A DNA stretch of 64,000 nt from Candidatus Versatilivorator sp. Lineage in GTDB: Bacteria; Acidobacteriota; Terriglobia; Versatilivoradales; Versatilivoraceae. The translations under genes and the position numbers were made by a program. Positions 45,732-54,706 of this stretch are shown in pieces. How positions within the stretch are numbered: the first letter of the stretch is position 1; each line of letters begins with the position of its first letter. The stretch is taken from positions 3,407,953-3,471,952 of the forward strand of contig CBDAOQ010000003.1 in the NCBI GenBank assembly GCA_965198125.1, in the 5' to 3' direction. Below the pieces are notes generated by a model. That model was given only the letters and a program-made list of their open reading frames with translations. It was not told where the DNA came from and ran no database searches.

Positions 45732-46937
45732 CTAAAAGGCAGCCTGCAGGATTCGCTCCAGGTCATCCACCGTGGCCGGCCGTGGATTGCTGCGCATGAG
45801 CCGCTTGATCCCGAAGGCCATCTCGGCGAACGACCGGAGCTGGTGTTCCTGCACTCCGATTTCCCGGAGCCTGTCGGGGATGCCGATTTCCTTTCTCAAG
45901 GTCCGCACCCGGTCGATGGCGGCGTCGGCGGCAGCCTCGGAGGACAGGCCCTCCACCTGGAGGCCCATCAGTTCGGCCAGGCGGGCCAGAGGCTCCACCC
46001 GGGCCGGCTTGTTGAATTCCATCACATAGGGCAGCAGCAGGCCGTTGCCGCAGCCGTGGGAGCAGTGAACCGCTCCGCCGATGGGATACTCGAGCGCGTG
46101 GACCGCTCCCACGCCCACGTTGCTGAAGCCCATTCCCGCGATGAGCGCCGCCAGATGCATGCCCTCCCGGGCGTCCAGGTTCTGGCCGTCCCTGACGGCG
46201 TCCGCGAGGTGGCGCGCGATCAACCCGACGGCCGGCTCCACCAGGGCGTTCCCCAGGGGATTGCGGCCCTGATAGATGGAAACCTCGCCTTCCGGGATTT
46301 CAAGATGGGAGCTGTCGGTGGCCATGAAGGCTTCCACGGCGTGGGTGAGGGCGTCGATCCCGCTGTCCGCCGTGGCCTTGGGAGGGCAGGTTACGGTCAT
46401 GAGCGGGTCCACCACCGCCGCCCGGGGTCTCAGGTAGTTGCTGGCGATGGCCACCTTGATGTTGTTCTCGGTGTCGGTCAGGATTCCCGCATGGGTGACC
46501 TCGGAACCTGTCCCGGCCGTCGTGGGCACGGCGATCAGCGGCAGGATGGGGCCCGGAACCCTGCCTTCACCCATGTAGTCCCGGGGCTCGCCTCCGTGGG
46601 TGAGCAGGACACCGGCGGTCTTGGCCAGGTCCATGTTGCTGCCGCCTCCCAGGCCCACCAGCAGGTCCGGTTTTTGCCGGGAGGCGAAGTCGTGGCAGCG
46701 GAGCAGGACGGCAATGGACGGCTCCGGCTCGCCGCCGTCAAAGAGGGTGACCCGCACACCTCCGGAAGCCAGCCGGGATTGCACCTGGTCGGCCAAACCG
46801 GCTTTCACCAGAGCCTTGTCGGTCACCACCAGGGCGTGGCCGGCTCCCAGCTCCCGAGCAATCTCACCCAGTTGATCGGTGGCCCCCCGGCCAAAGTGAA
46901 TGGCCCCGGCAGTATGAAAACTCCATGTGGTCCGCAT
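45732..46937 (-). CDS. iron-containing alcohol dehydrogenase
   Basis: Fe-ADH family motifs: GGGSNMDLAK-type glycine-rich NAD site and a His cluster; 401 aa. Confidence 0.85.
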   Translation of the reverse strand: MRTTWSFHTAGAIHFGRGATDQLGEIARELGAGHALVVTDKALVKAGLADQVQSRLASGGVRVTLFDGGEPEPSIAVLLRCHDFASRQKPDLLVGLGGGSNMDLAKTAGVLLTHGGEPRDYMGEGRVPGPILPLIAVPTTAGTGSEVTHAGILTDTENNIKVAIASNYLRPRAAVVDPLMTVTCPPKATADSGIDALTHAVEAFMATDSSHLEIPEGEVSIYQGRNPLGNALVEPAVGLIARHLADAVRDGQNLDAREGMHLAALIAGMGFSNVGVGAVHALEYPIGGAVHCSHGCGNGLLLPYVMEFNKPARVEPLARLAELMGLQVEGLSSEAAADAAIDRVRTLRKEIGIPDRLREIGVQEHQLRSFAEMAFGIKRLMRSNPRPATVDDLERILQAAF

Positions 46938-47105
46938 GCTGGCCTCCCTCCCCGTGAGCTGAGGAACATAGATGAAAAACAGGGCAAAGTATAAAGATTC
47001 CTTTTCCGCTTGTCACCGTCCCGGAAGGTTCGGGCAGGAGGCGAAGGCTGATGCGGTGGGGGGGAACCGGCCCGGCGTCGAGGATTGATTTTTTTTCACA
47101 AATAA

Positions 47106-47489
47106 CATCGATGCACAGGATAAGCAGGAGGTCAGGTTGCTGGAGGGGAAAGCGGCTCGCGCGATACGACAGGCTCGATGCCCGCTATTGGGGCAAGGCG
47201 GTCGATGACAGTAATCCTGTGCATCCTGTGCATCCATGTTAATTAAAAAAATAAACAAACATGGATTAACAGGATAGACAGGATAACCGGGACGAGACGC
47301 TGCTGAAGGGAATGCTGACTCCAGTGATGATCGGTTGCGGGATTGCGGATGCTCAGGATTGCAAGCGAGCCGTTTCCTGAAAAATCCTGTGCATCCTGTG
47401 CATCGATGTTAATTATTCATTCCAATGTTGCACAGGATTACGGGGCTCCGGACTGGCAAAGGCAATCCTGTATGTGGTGTGCATCGATG
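47106..47489. repeat. three adjacent MITE-like units with ACAGGAT-type terminal inverted repeats (47106-47238, 47261-47408, 47439-47489)
   Basis: CATCGATGCACAGGATAAGCAGGAG...ATCCTGTGCATCCTGTGCATCCATG; CATGGATTAACAGGATAGACAGGATAAC...ATCCTGTGCATCCTGTGCATCGATG; TTGCACAGGAT...GGCAATCCTGTATGTGGTGTGCATCGATG. Confidence 0.65.
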
Positions 47490-47555
47490 CCAATAATCCC
47501 CATAAGTCAGTGCGCCGATCGACTGAAACCCCGCGGGTCAGGGACCTCCTCGTCC

Positions 47556-47700
47556 TTCCCAAACTTTGGCAGACCCCCCTTGCGCTTCCTCCAACCCCTT
47601 AGTGGCCCTTGGTCATTCTTCGTGTCCCTTCGTGGATAACTCTTTTTCCTTTCGTCGATCTATTTTTGGCCTTGGCGGATAACGCTCACGTGTCTCAGCG
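47556..47700. repeat. arm repeat partial copy ending GGATAACGCTCACGTGTCTCAGCGG, abutting the stop of the minus-strand spermidine synthase gene
   Basis: CCTCCAACCCCTTAGTGGCCCTTGGTCATTCTTCGTGTCCCTTCGTGGATAACTCTTTTTCC. Confidence 0.65.
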
Positions 47701-47704
47701 GATC

Positions 47705-49354
47705 TCAATTCCTCCAGGACTGCCGGTGGTACTGGAGAATGGTGGGCCGAAACTTGGTGTTGATTTCGATGTGAGCGTCATCGAGCCAGCGCTTGCCGAA
47801 GGCGGTGGCGTTGGACACCAGGGCTGCGGTGAGATAGCCGGTAGGGACCCCGATGGACTTCAGTCCTTCCAGCCTGGCCTTCATGGCTGTTTCACTGAGG
47901 CCGTCCAGCCAGGCCAGGTGCCATCCCCACTCCCCAAAGCTGGGGACGTTCTGGCGGTAGGGCAGGGCGCGGAAGCCGGCGGACCGCAGCGTTTTCCCAA
48001 TGCACAGAAACATCTCCCTGGAGTGGTAGGGCGAAGTGGATTGCACCGCCACCAGGCCGGTGGGACCGAGCTGGCGGGCCAGCCTGCGATAGAAATCCAG
48101 GGAATAGAGCTTGGCGGTGCCCACCGATCGCGGATCGGGAAAGTCGATGACCACCAGATCGTAGGGGCCCCGCAAGCTTTGGACGAACAGGTCGGCATCC
48201 AGGTTGAAGACCCGGACCCTGGCCTGGGGGTAAAGGGTGTCGCTCAGGAAGGAGGAGGCCAGCTTGCTGGGTCGGGAGATGGTCTGAGCTTCCCCGTCGG
48301 AGACGCCCTCCGCCTGCCGCAGGGTGACACGTCCGTCCAGCAGGGCTCCCCGGTTGAGTCGAACCAGGTCGGGATGGGTGGCGGCCAGATCGGTCATGGC
48401 GGGATCGATGTCCACCAGGTCCACTCGCCGCACCTCATCGTATTTCAGCACTTCCCGGACGGCCAGGCCGTCGCCTCCCCCGAGAATCAGGACTCTGGAG
48501 CGGGAGGAAGCCACCGAAAAGGGAACGTGGACCAGCATCTCGTGGTAGATCCGCTCATCCTGGGAATTGAACTGAAGTTGGCCGTTGATGAAGAGGCTGA
48601 GCCGGTCGTTCCTGCGGGTCATGACGATGTGCTGGTACCTGGAGCTGTGGCTGTAGATGATGGGGTCGCCGTAGGTTCTCTGTTCCAGCGAAACTCGCCA
48701 ATCCTCCGACAGCACCAGCAGGCAGCCCAGGATTGCCATTCCGGCGCAGGAGAGCAGCAGAAGCTTCCTGAAGTGTCGCAGCAGGGGACGGAAATAGGCC
48801 AGTCCCAGCAAGGCCAGCAGGAGGTTGGCGCATCCCAGGGCCACGGCGATCTGGTTGATGGAGAGGTTGGCGAAGAGGACGAAGGTGAACAGCAGGGCAC
48901 CCGCCAGCGAACCCACGTAATCCATGCTCAGGATCTCGGAGAGGTTGGTCTTGAGGCTGGCGGAATACTCGCGGTTGATGCGGATCAGCAGGGGGATTTC
49001 GAGCCCGATGAGGATGCCGATCCCCAGGGAGAATCCCCACAGCAGCAGCATGTAGCTGGAGGAATAGACGTAGGCCAGGTAGATGGCCAGGGCGCTGACT
49101 CCTCCCGTCAGCCCCAGCAGGATCTCGACCAGCAGGAACTTGTCGACCAGATCGCCGCTGATGTTCTTCTGCAGGGTGGCCCCCAGGCCCATGGCGAACA
49201 TCATCAACCCGATGACCACGAAGATCTGCTCGTGGGAGGACCCCATCAGGTTGTTGCCCAGAGCCCCCAGGGTGTACTCGTAGGCAATCCCGCAAGCTCC
49301 CATGACGAACATGGACGCCGCCAGCACCTTTCGGGCATGTCCGAATCGATTCAT
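47705..49354 (-). CDS. speE: membrane-anchored polyamine aminopropyltransferase (spermidine synthase-like) with N-terminal multi-TM domain
   Basis: About 7 N-terminal TM helices, then the spermidine synthase core VLILGGGDGLAVREVLKY...VDLVDIDP...YDLVVIDFPDP. Confidence 0.8.
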   Translation of the reverse strand: MNRFGHARKVLAASMFVMGACGIAYEYTLGALGNNLMGSSHEQIFVVIGLMMFAMGLGATLQKNISGDLVDKFLLVEILLGLTGGVSALAIYLAYVYSSSYMLLLWGFSLGIGILIGLEIPLLIRINREYSASLKTNLSEILSMDYVGSLAGALLFTFVLFANLSINQIAVALGCANLLLALLGLAYFRPLLRHFRKLLLLSCAGMAILGCLLVLSEDWRVSLEQRTYGDPIIYSHSSRYQHIVMTRRNDRLSLFINGQLQFNSQDERIYHEMLVHVPFSVASSRSRVLILGGGDGLAVREVLKYDEVRRVDLVDIDPAMTDLAATHPDLVRLNRGALLDGRVTLRQAEGVSDGEAQTISRPSKLASSFLSDTLYPQARVRVFNLDADLFVQSLRGPYDLVVIDFPDPRSVGTAKLYSLDFYRRLARQLGPTGLVAVQSTSPYHSREMFLCIGKTLRSAGFRALPYRQNVPSFGEWGWHLAWLDGLSETAMKARLEGLKSIGVPTGYLTAALVSNATAFGKRWLDDAHIEINTKFRPTILQYHRQSWRN

Positions 49355-49369
49355 GGGGAGAAATGCGGG

Positions 49370-50260
49370 TTAAATCATGAAAAATAGGATGGACGCCATG
49401 CCGATGGCCACCACCGACTCGATCCAGGCGGCTCCCAGGTTTCTGTCGACCGCAATTTCGTGGGCGATGCGGGTCCGGGGCAGCAGCGCGTGATCGACCA
49501 GTTCACGCAACAGGAAGAGGGCCACAAAGCCGACGACCGCCAGGCTGGCATATTCGGTGAGGCTGGCCCTGAAGGATTCGAAGTGGTGGGCGCTTGCCTT
49601 CAGCAACAGAATGCCCAGGGCGACCATGTTGCCGCCGAATGCCACCCCTGCCGCCGGGTTGTCCTTCTCAATCTCGGCGTGGATGTCGTAGCGGGTGATC
49701 CACTGATAGAAGATGGAAAAGAGGACCAGCGTCACTTGGCCCGCAAGGAAATAGCACACGGCGGTGATGGGGCCGGTCCAGGCTCCGGCGAAGGCGGATT
49801 CGGGGGGGATTTCGCCGTAAATCCCCCCCGCCAGGATGAGAGCCGTGGCGATATAGGCTCCGCACAGCACGGCTCCGGTCCCCACGTTTCTGTCCTGGAC
49901 CAGTTCCTTGTAGATGCTGAATTGGCGCAGCACCAGCTTGTCCAGGAGTTTTCTGCCCAGATTGAGCAGGATGATTCCGCCGAGGGCGTAGGCGGCCACC
50001 ACCCCCAGTTCCGGCAGAAGCCGGTCGAGGTTCAGCAGGTCGCCCTCGGTTCCGGTGGAGGCGCCCAGGAAGACAATCATGACGCCGGCGTAATAGCCGC
50101 TCAAGCTCAGACCGATGGCCGGGTTGTCCCGGACCGTCAACTCCTCGTCGAGGGAATAGGGCGTGAGCAGGTCGTTGACGAACTTGGCAATCATCAGCAT
50201 GACTGCGCCAAGGACCACATAGCACAAGCTGACTCCGAGATCGATCCATTCCATGGTCAC
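49370..50260 (-). CDS. DUF350 domain membrane protein (two DUF350-like repeats)
   Basis: Repeated 4-TM modules typical of DUF350/YjfL; tightly linked to the spermidine synthase gene (overlap with the next gene at 50257-50260). Confidence 0.65.
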   Translation of the reverse strand: MTMEWIDLGVSLCYVVLGAVMLMIAKFVNDLLTPYSLDEELTVRDNPAIGLSLSGYYAGVMIVFLGASTGTEGDLLNLDRLLPELGVVAAYALGGIILLNLGRKLLDKLVLRQFSIYKELVQDRNVGTGAVLCGAYIATALILAGGIYGEIPPESAFAGAWTGPITAVCYFLAGQVTLVLFSIFYQWITRYDIHAEIEKDNPAAGVAFGGNMVALGILLLKASAHHFESFRASLTEYASLAVVGFVALFLLRELVDHALLPRTRIAHEIAVDRNLGAAWIESVVAIGMASILFFMI

Positions 50261-51693
50261 TTGCCTCCAAAGGAGCGGCTCCCGCGAGAACGATAGGATC
50301 CGCCTCGTCCGCTGGCGCCGGCGGTTCGGTATCGAGAGGATCGATACCCCCTGAGGTTGCCGCCGCTCTGCTTGTAATAGGAGTTTCGATAGCCGCCGCT
50401 TCGGACGTAGCGGGAGGATCGATATCTGGAGGCGGCCATCCGGCTGTTGGTGCCGTAGCGAGGCCGGCCGGCGGCGGTCCGGCCGTAGTAGGTTCTGCCC
50501 GAGGTGTGGGATCGGCGATAGCCGCTGTAGTCATTGGGAAGGATAGGCCGGTAAGCGGATCCCCAGAACATGGAGCGCATGAACATGTACTGGCCGTAAA
50601 AGGCCCAGAAGGAACCGCCGTGGCTGTCCCGGCGCCAATGCCCGTACTGGTTGCTCTGCCCGGGGGGGGCCAGGTAGGAATAGCCGGCCGGCTGGACCAG
50701 GGTTTCGGCTTCTTCCTCGTATTTCCCCGCCGGCTTGCGGGCCACCGACATCCCCAGCTTGCCTTCCAGGGCATCGAAGGTGGCTTTGGAAACCTGAACC
50801 CAGGCCTCCCTTTCGGAGTGGGCGCCCTGTTTCTTCTGGGGATCCTGGATTTGTACGGTCACCGTCTTGTACTTGTGGTAGAGGGTCAGGGCCTCCCCCT
50901 CCCTGATTTCCATGTCCACCAGGACCCTGTCCCAGGAGAGGTAGAGCTCACCCACCCGCTGGCCGAGCTGACTGTCGAGCCGCGCCAGTTGCAGCCCGTC
51001 GGCCTGCAGGCTCTGGTGAGTCTCCAGAATCAGCAGGGCATCGGCGTCGGGGGCGGCGATGGCCCGGGAGCGCTCCTTCCACAGGGATGCTGACCGGGCC
51101 TTGACTTCAGCCATTCGCTGGATGGCCTGACTCAAGTCGGCTTTTTTCTCGGGCCAGTCGATCATGGCTCTCTGAGCGCCGGCAACGCTGGCAGGGCGAT
51201 AGGCGGAGAGTTGGCGAACGCTGGCTTGCACCTCCCCGATGTACCGGCTGCGATTCTTGTCCACCTCGCTGACGGTCCTGGCCAGATCCAGTATCTCGCT
51301 GGCCGCCTGCAAGGTCTGGGTCCGCTTCTGCCTGGCCTGGCCGATGCGGCTTTCGATCTCCACCCGCAGTTTGTCATCGTCTTGCGCGGCCAGTTCCTGG
51401 GCCTGGTCCAGTTCGCTGGAGGCCGAGTCCAGGTCCTTTTCGGAACGGGACAGTCGGGACAGCCACTGCTCCCGCCTGGGCTGAGGCAGCCCGGTCATGG
51501 AGTCGATCAGGGATCGGGCCTCCCGGCTCAGCTCGCGGAAATTGGCCCGTGACGAGTTGAGGAGCTGCTCGGCGGTAGCCAGGCCGGCTTGGGTCTGCGG
51601 ATTCAACCCCCCGCCCGAGTAGGTGAGAACCCCCACCAGGAGAGCCAAGACGGCTACTCCGGCCGAGGCGTAGATCAAGGATTTTCTGTCCAT
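50257..51693 (-). CDS. membrane-anchored coiled-coil protein with Gly/Tyr/Arg/Ser-rich C-terminal tail, function unknown
   Basis: N-terminal TM helix, long helical region, C-terminal low-complexity GYRSSRYR tail; 478 aa. Confidence 0.5.
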   Translation of the reverse strand: MDRKSLIYASAGVAVLALLVGVLTYSGGGLNPQTQAGLATAEQLLNSSRANFRELSREARSLIDSMTGLPQPRREQWLSRLSRSEKDLDSASSELDQAQELAAQDDDKLRVEIESRIGQARQKRTQTLQAASEILDLARTVSEVDKNRSRYIGEVQASVRQLSAYRPASVAGAQRAMIDWPEKKADLSQAIQRMAEVKARSASLWKERSRAIAAPDADALLILETHQSLQADGLQLARLDSQLGQRVGELYLSWDRVLVDMEIREGEALTLYHKYKTVTVQIQDPQKKQGAHSEREAWVQVSKATFDALEGKLGMSVARKPAGKYEEEAETLVQPAGYSYLAPPGQSNQYGHWRRDSHGGSFWAFYGQYMFMRSMFWGSAYRPILPNDYSGYRRSHTSGRTYYGRTAAGRPRYGTNSRMAASRYRSSRYVRSGGYRNSYYKQSGGNLRGYRSSRYRTAGASGRGGSYRSRGSRSFGGK

Positions 51694-51703
51694 CGTTCTC
51701 CTC

Positions 51704-52105
51704 CTACTGAACCACCGTCACCGATCGGCTCAAAACCGCCGTGGACTCCTGGGGATAGTAGTGCAGGGAACTCACCTCCAGCCCACGCTCCAGGGGGTCC
51801 ACTCCCAGGCAGGTCATCGGCGGGCAGTGGCCGACCTTCCCGGGGGCAAACTCCGAAGCCAGGTGGACCGGATAGCGGGCAATCCGGGTTCGCGCTCGAT
51901 CCAGCCATTCCAGTCCCGAGGCTCCTCCGGTTGAGATCCGCCGGATCTCGAACTCGAAGCGGAGGTCCCCGTCCCGGTACTGGAAGGGTTGCCGGCCGGA
52001 GAAGTCCGACCCCAGGCAGAAGACCGGCGCCATCTCGCTGCCGCCGGCGCAGGAGAGCAGTTCCGACCAACGCCTGCACCGTATCAGGTGACTGGCTGCG
52101 ATCAC
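51704..52105 (-). CDS. hypothetical protein (GTG start); could be an AdoMetDC-like or YjfI-like partner of the polyamine/PspA cluster
   Basis: Only positional evidence plus an open frame. No motif confidently recognised. The frame is open upstream to 52372 but has no alternative start. Confidence 0.3.
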   Translation of the reverse strand: MIAASHLIRCRRWSELLSCAGGSEMAPVFCLGSDFSGRQPFQYRDGDLRFEFEIRRISTGGASGLEWLDRARTRIARYPVHLASEFAPGKVGHCPPMTCLGVDPLERGLEVSSLHYYPQESTAVLSRSVTVVQ

Positions 52106-52374
52106 GTGAACCTGGAAGTCCAGGTCGAGGTGACGCAGGCCGGCCGAGGTTACGACCTTGAACCGGGAGGGGTCGATGGCTTCCCGGAAAAGGCGGAGTC
52201 GCAGGTTCCGGTGTGAGGTGTCCTGGTATTGTATGGCGAACCTCGGCCGGCAGTTCTCAGCCAGTGGCTGGGTGCATGGTGAAGATGATTCTTGCCGCGG
52301 CGTCTTTCCGGCCCCGCGGTGAATGCTGCCGGACAGAGACCGCGCCAGGCGCTCCCCCGAGCGAGCATTGCGGG

Positions 52375-52989
52375 CTAAGCTGGAAAGATCCTGACCCGGC
52401 TGGGGCTGATCTTTTCCGAGATGCCGACCTCGAAGGGGTCGCCCTCATATTTCTCGATGAAGAGCTGAAGGTCGTCGCATTCGAACTTCCAATAATAGAA
52501 CCCCTCGCCCTGCGGGCCGTCGTCCTTGAAATAGTCGGCCTCGGCGCTTTCCCGGTAGACCCATCGCTTCCCCTGATACTCGATGAAGCGGGACCGCGAT
52601 TTCTCCTCATCCATGCGGGCCAGATCCTCTTCGCTGGCGCCGATGGCTTCCAGGTGCAGCCCGCCCTGCCTCTGAATGGTGACTTCCAATTCGTCGTCTT
52701 CGGACCACTCCAGGAAGACCCTCTTGCCGGCACTGAGGCCGCTCAACTCGAACCACTCCTCGCCGTTGGACTCGTAGCGGTTCAGTCGGTCCACGGTAAA
52801 GGACAGGTCTTCGTAGGATTGGCCGGCTCCGGAAAGGATGAGGTTGTCCCCCCGGGACGCATCCTTGATGGTGAGGTTGGCCAGATCGGTTCTCTGGGGC
52901 AAGGCCTGCGCCTTGGGCTTTTTGCGAAGCGCTTTGTAGAGGAGGTAACCTGCCAGGCCCAGAAGGATCAGGATGAGGACTTCGGTCAT
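52375..52989 (-). CDS. DUF4178-like protein with N-terminal TM helix
   Basis: N-terminal TM MTEVLILILLGLAGYLLY. Immediately downstream of pspA, a known PspA-partner architecture. Confidence 0.55.
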   Translation of the reverse strand: MTEVLILILLGLAGYLLYKALRKKPKAQALPQRTDLANLTIKDASRGDNLILSGAGQSYEDLSFTVDRLNRYESNGEEWFELSGLSAGKRVFLEWSEDDELEVTIQRQGGLHLEAIGASEEDLARMDEEKSRSRFIEYQGKRWVYRESAEADYFKDDGPQGEGFYYWKFECDDLQLFIEKYEGDPFEVGISEKISPSRVRIFPA

Positions 52990-53012
52990 GGTGAGGTGCC
53001 GTCGCCGCCGGC

Positions 53013-53699
53013 TTAGGGAGCCTTGGAGGACTTCACCTCGGCCTTCAGCCTGTCCAGCTCGCTGTCGGTGGTGGAGACGTCCAGGGCGGCAAACTCCTTC
53101 TCCAGATCGGGGTCGGCGCCGGCCGACATGTTCTCATAGGCCTTGGCGGTGGCTTCTTCCCGGTTGACGGCCTCCTCGAAGCGCGCAATGGACGCAAAGG
53201 CGTTGTCGTCGGTCCCCAGACCGCTCATCACCTGGGCCATCTTCTTCTGGGCGTTGGCGGCGTTCTTCCTGGCAATGAGAGTGCTGGCCTTGCGCTTGGA
53301 CTCGTCGATCTTGCGGCGGAGCTGCTCCACCTGGTTCTTGAGCTTGTCACGAGCGGCCACGCCTTGATCCACCGCATCCTTGAGGGTTGCCGCCTGCTGT
53401 TCGCATTCGGTCTTTTTGGCCAGAGCCTTCCGCGCCAGATCCTCGTTGCCGGCCAGCAGGGCTTTCCTGGCCTTGCCTTCCCAGTCCTTGGACTGTTCCA
53501 GAAATTTGCCGTACTCGGCTTCGAGGCGATTGCAGTTGCTCATGGCATCGGCGGCGGACCGGATCACCCGGTGAAGCTGGTCCTCCATGTCCCGAATGCT
53601 CTGCCGCAGGGTCGACTCGAAAGTGGCATCCTCCAATTTGTCGACGCCTTGGTTGAGCTTGCCCTTGCTGACTCGAAACAATCTGTCCAGGATCCCCAT
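53013..53699 (-). CDS. pspA: PspA/IM30 family protein (phage shock protein A-like)
   Basis: MGILDRLFRVSKGKLNQGVDKLED... coiled-coil; about 228 aa typical of PspA/IM30/Vipp1. The ORF-track 278-aa N-terminal extension is rejected. Confidence 0.85.
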   Translation of the reverse strand: MGILDRLFRVSKGKLNQGVDKLEDATFESTLRQSIRDMEDQLHRVIRSAADAMSNCNRLEAEYGKFLEQSKDWEGKARKALLAGNEDLARKALAKKTECEQQAATLKDAVDQGVAARDKLKNQVEQLRRKIDESKRKASTLIARKNAANAQKKMAQVMSGLGTDDNAFASIARFEEAVNREEATAKAYENMSAGADPDLEKEFAALDVSTTDSELDRLKAEVKSSKAP

Positions 53700-53730
53700 G
53701 GTTATCGACTCCTTCGCTAAGAAATGCGGG

Positions 53731-54144
53731 TCAGGTGCTCTGAGGCTCTTCCAGCAGGTCCCTGGCCTCGCAGACATCTCCGACCAGGAAGCTGATGCAG
53801 GAGAGGATGTCGTCCCGATCATCCTCGCCCAGGCTCTGCAGCTTGGCAAAGTTGTTCAGGGTGATGGCCGTCTTGCCGTTCCCCAGGTCGTAAAGCTGGA
53901 AGCTGGAGGTGGAGATGCCGTTTTGGGCATCCAGCATCCTGGCCATCAAGGCCCCGCTGACCGAACCGGAATCCACCACCTGGCAAGAGACTGCGTTGTA
54001 GAGAATCTCCTGCTCCAGCACGCACGAGACCGAAATACCGCTCTCCAGGTCTCTGATCCGTAGCGTGTCGCCTTCAACCTCGACCACCTCGTAACCGGCG
54101 TTGGCAACGATTTCCTCCACCACATCGATCGACGGACCCGCCAT
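53731..54144 (-). CDS. YbjN-like small cytoplasmic protein (putative chaperone-like), co-operonic with pspA
   Basis: 31-bp gap to pspA. 137 aa from MAGPSIDVV; weak resemblance to YbjN-domain proteins. Confidence 0.4.
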   Translation of the reverse strand: MAGPSIDVVEEIVANAGYEVVEVEGDTLRIRDLESGISVSCVLEQEILYNAVSCQVVDSGSVSGALMARMLDAQNGISTSSFQLYDLGNGKTAITLNNFAKLQSLGEDDRDDILSCISFLVGDVCEARDLLEEPQST

Positions 54145-54278
54145 TGCGAAACCTCCCTGAGCAACTATCCAAAGCACATTTGCAACGGCGCCATTATGGC
54201 AGTAATGGCCGCGATTATCAATGCCGGTGGGAATGAGCGGCCGGAAGCCTTCGAACTCCAAGGGATTCCTGTTACAGT

Positions 54279-54562
54279 CTGGCGAGGCCGTGCCTCAGAC
54301 CGATAAGCCAGGGAAAAAAGATATCCACGAAGGGAGACGAAGAGACTGATTGATGAATGGTTGATTGCCGATCGATGTCTCCGGAAGGACCCTGCGCTTG
54401 CCGCTTGACCCTTGGAAGATCATGGATGGATGAAATGGAACATGGATGAACAGGATGGACAGGACAATGGAGACGGAAAACCATCCGGTTCATCCTGTCT
54501 ATCGATGTAAATCAAAGATCTGGCGAGGCCGTGCCTCAGACCGACAAGCAGGGAGGGGGAAA
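54279..54562. repeat. repeat locus 5: conserved unit CTGGCGAGGCCGTGCCTCAGACCGAYAAGC (x2, direct) flanking a short CACGAAG array and a MITE-like unit (54439-54505)
   Basis: 54279-54367 matches 21121-21292. 54439-54463 (CATGGATGAACAGGATGGACAGGAC) and 54488-54505 (TCATCCTGTCTATCGATG) are inverted. 54518-54562 repeats the unit. Confidence 0.65.
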
Positions 54563-54706
54563 AGAACCACAAATTCACACCAACGGACTCCAATGATGTC
54601 ATAGAACCGGCCACTCCCATTCAAGCTGGGGACGCTTGAAATCAAGGATCAATCCGACTCTCAAAAAACTATTGAATCAGTCTGCTATGTTTGTTATAAA
54701 GTATAT

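Noticed and set aside
47609-49387. 592-aa plus-strand ORF
   Set aside because: Antisense to the membrane spermidine synthase gene and starts inside the repeat locus. Gly/Gln/Asp-rich junk.
51704-52372. Possibility that the 133-aa ORF is a longer AdoMetDC-like gene
   Set aside because: The minus-strand frame is open up to 52372 but contains no ATG/GTG/TTG upstream of 52105. Alignment by eye to SpeH (ESHxxIHTWPE) was unconvincing. Kept only as a low-confidence hypothetical.
53700-53849. N-terminal 50-aa extension of the pspA ORF (ORF-track start at 53849)
   Set aside because: The canonical PspA N-terminus MGILDRLFR begins at 53699. The extension would overlap the upstream YbjN-like gene and is not conserved-looking.
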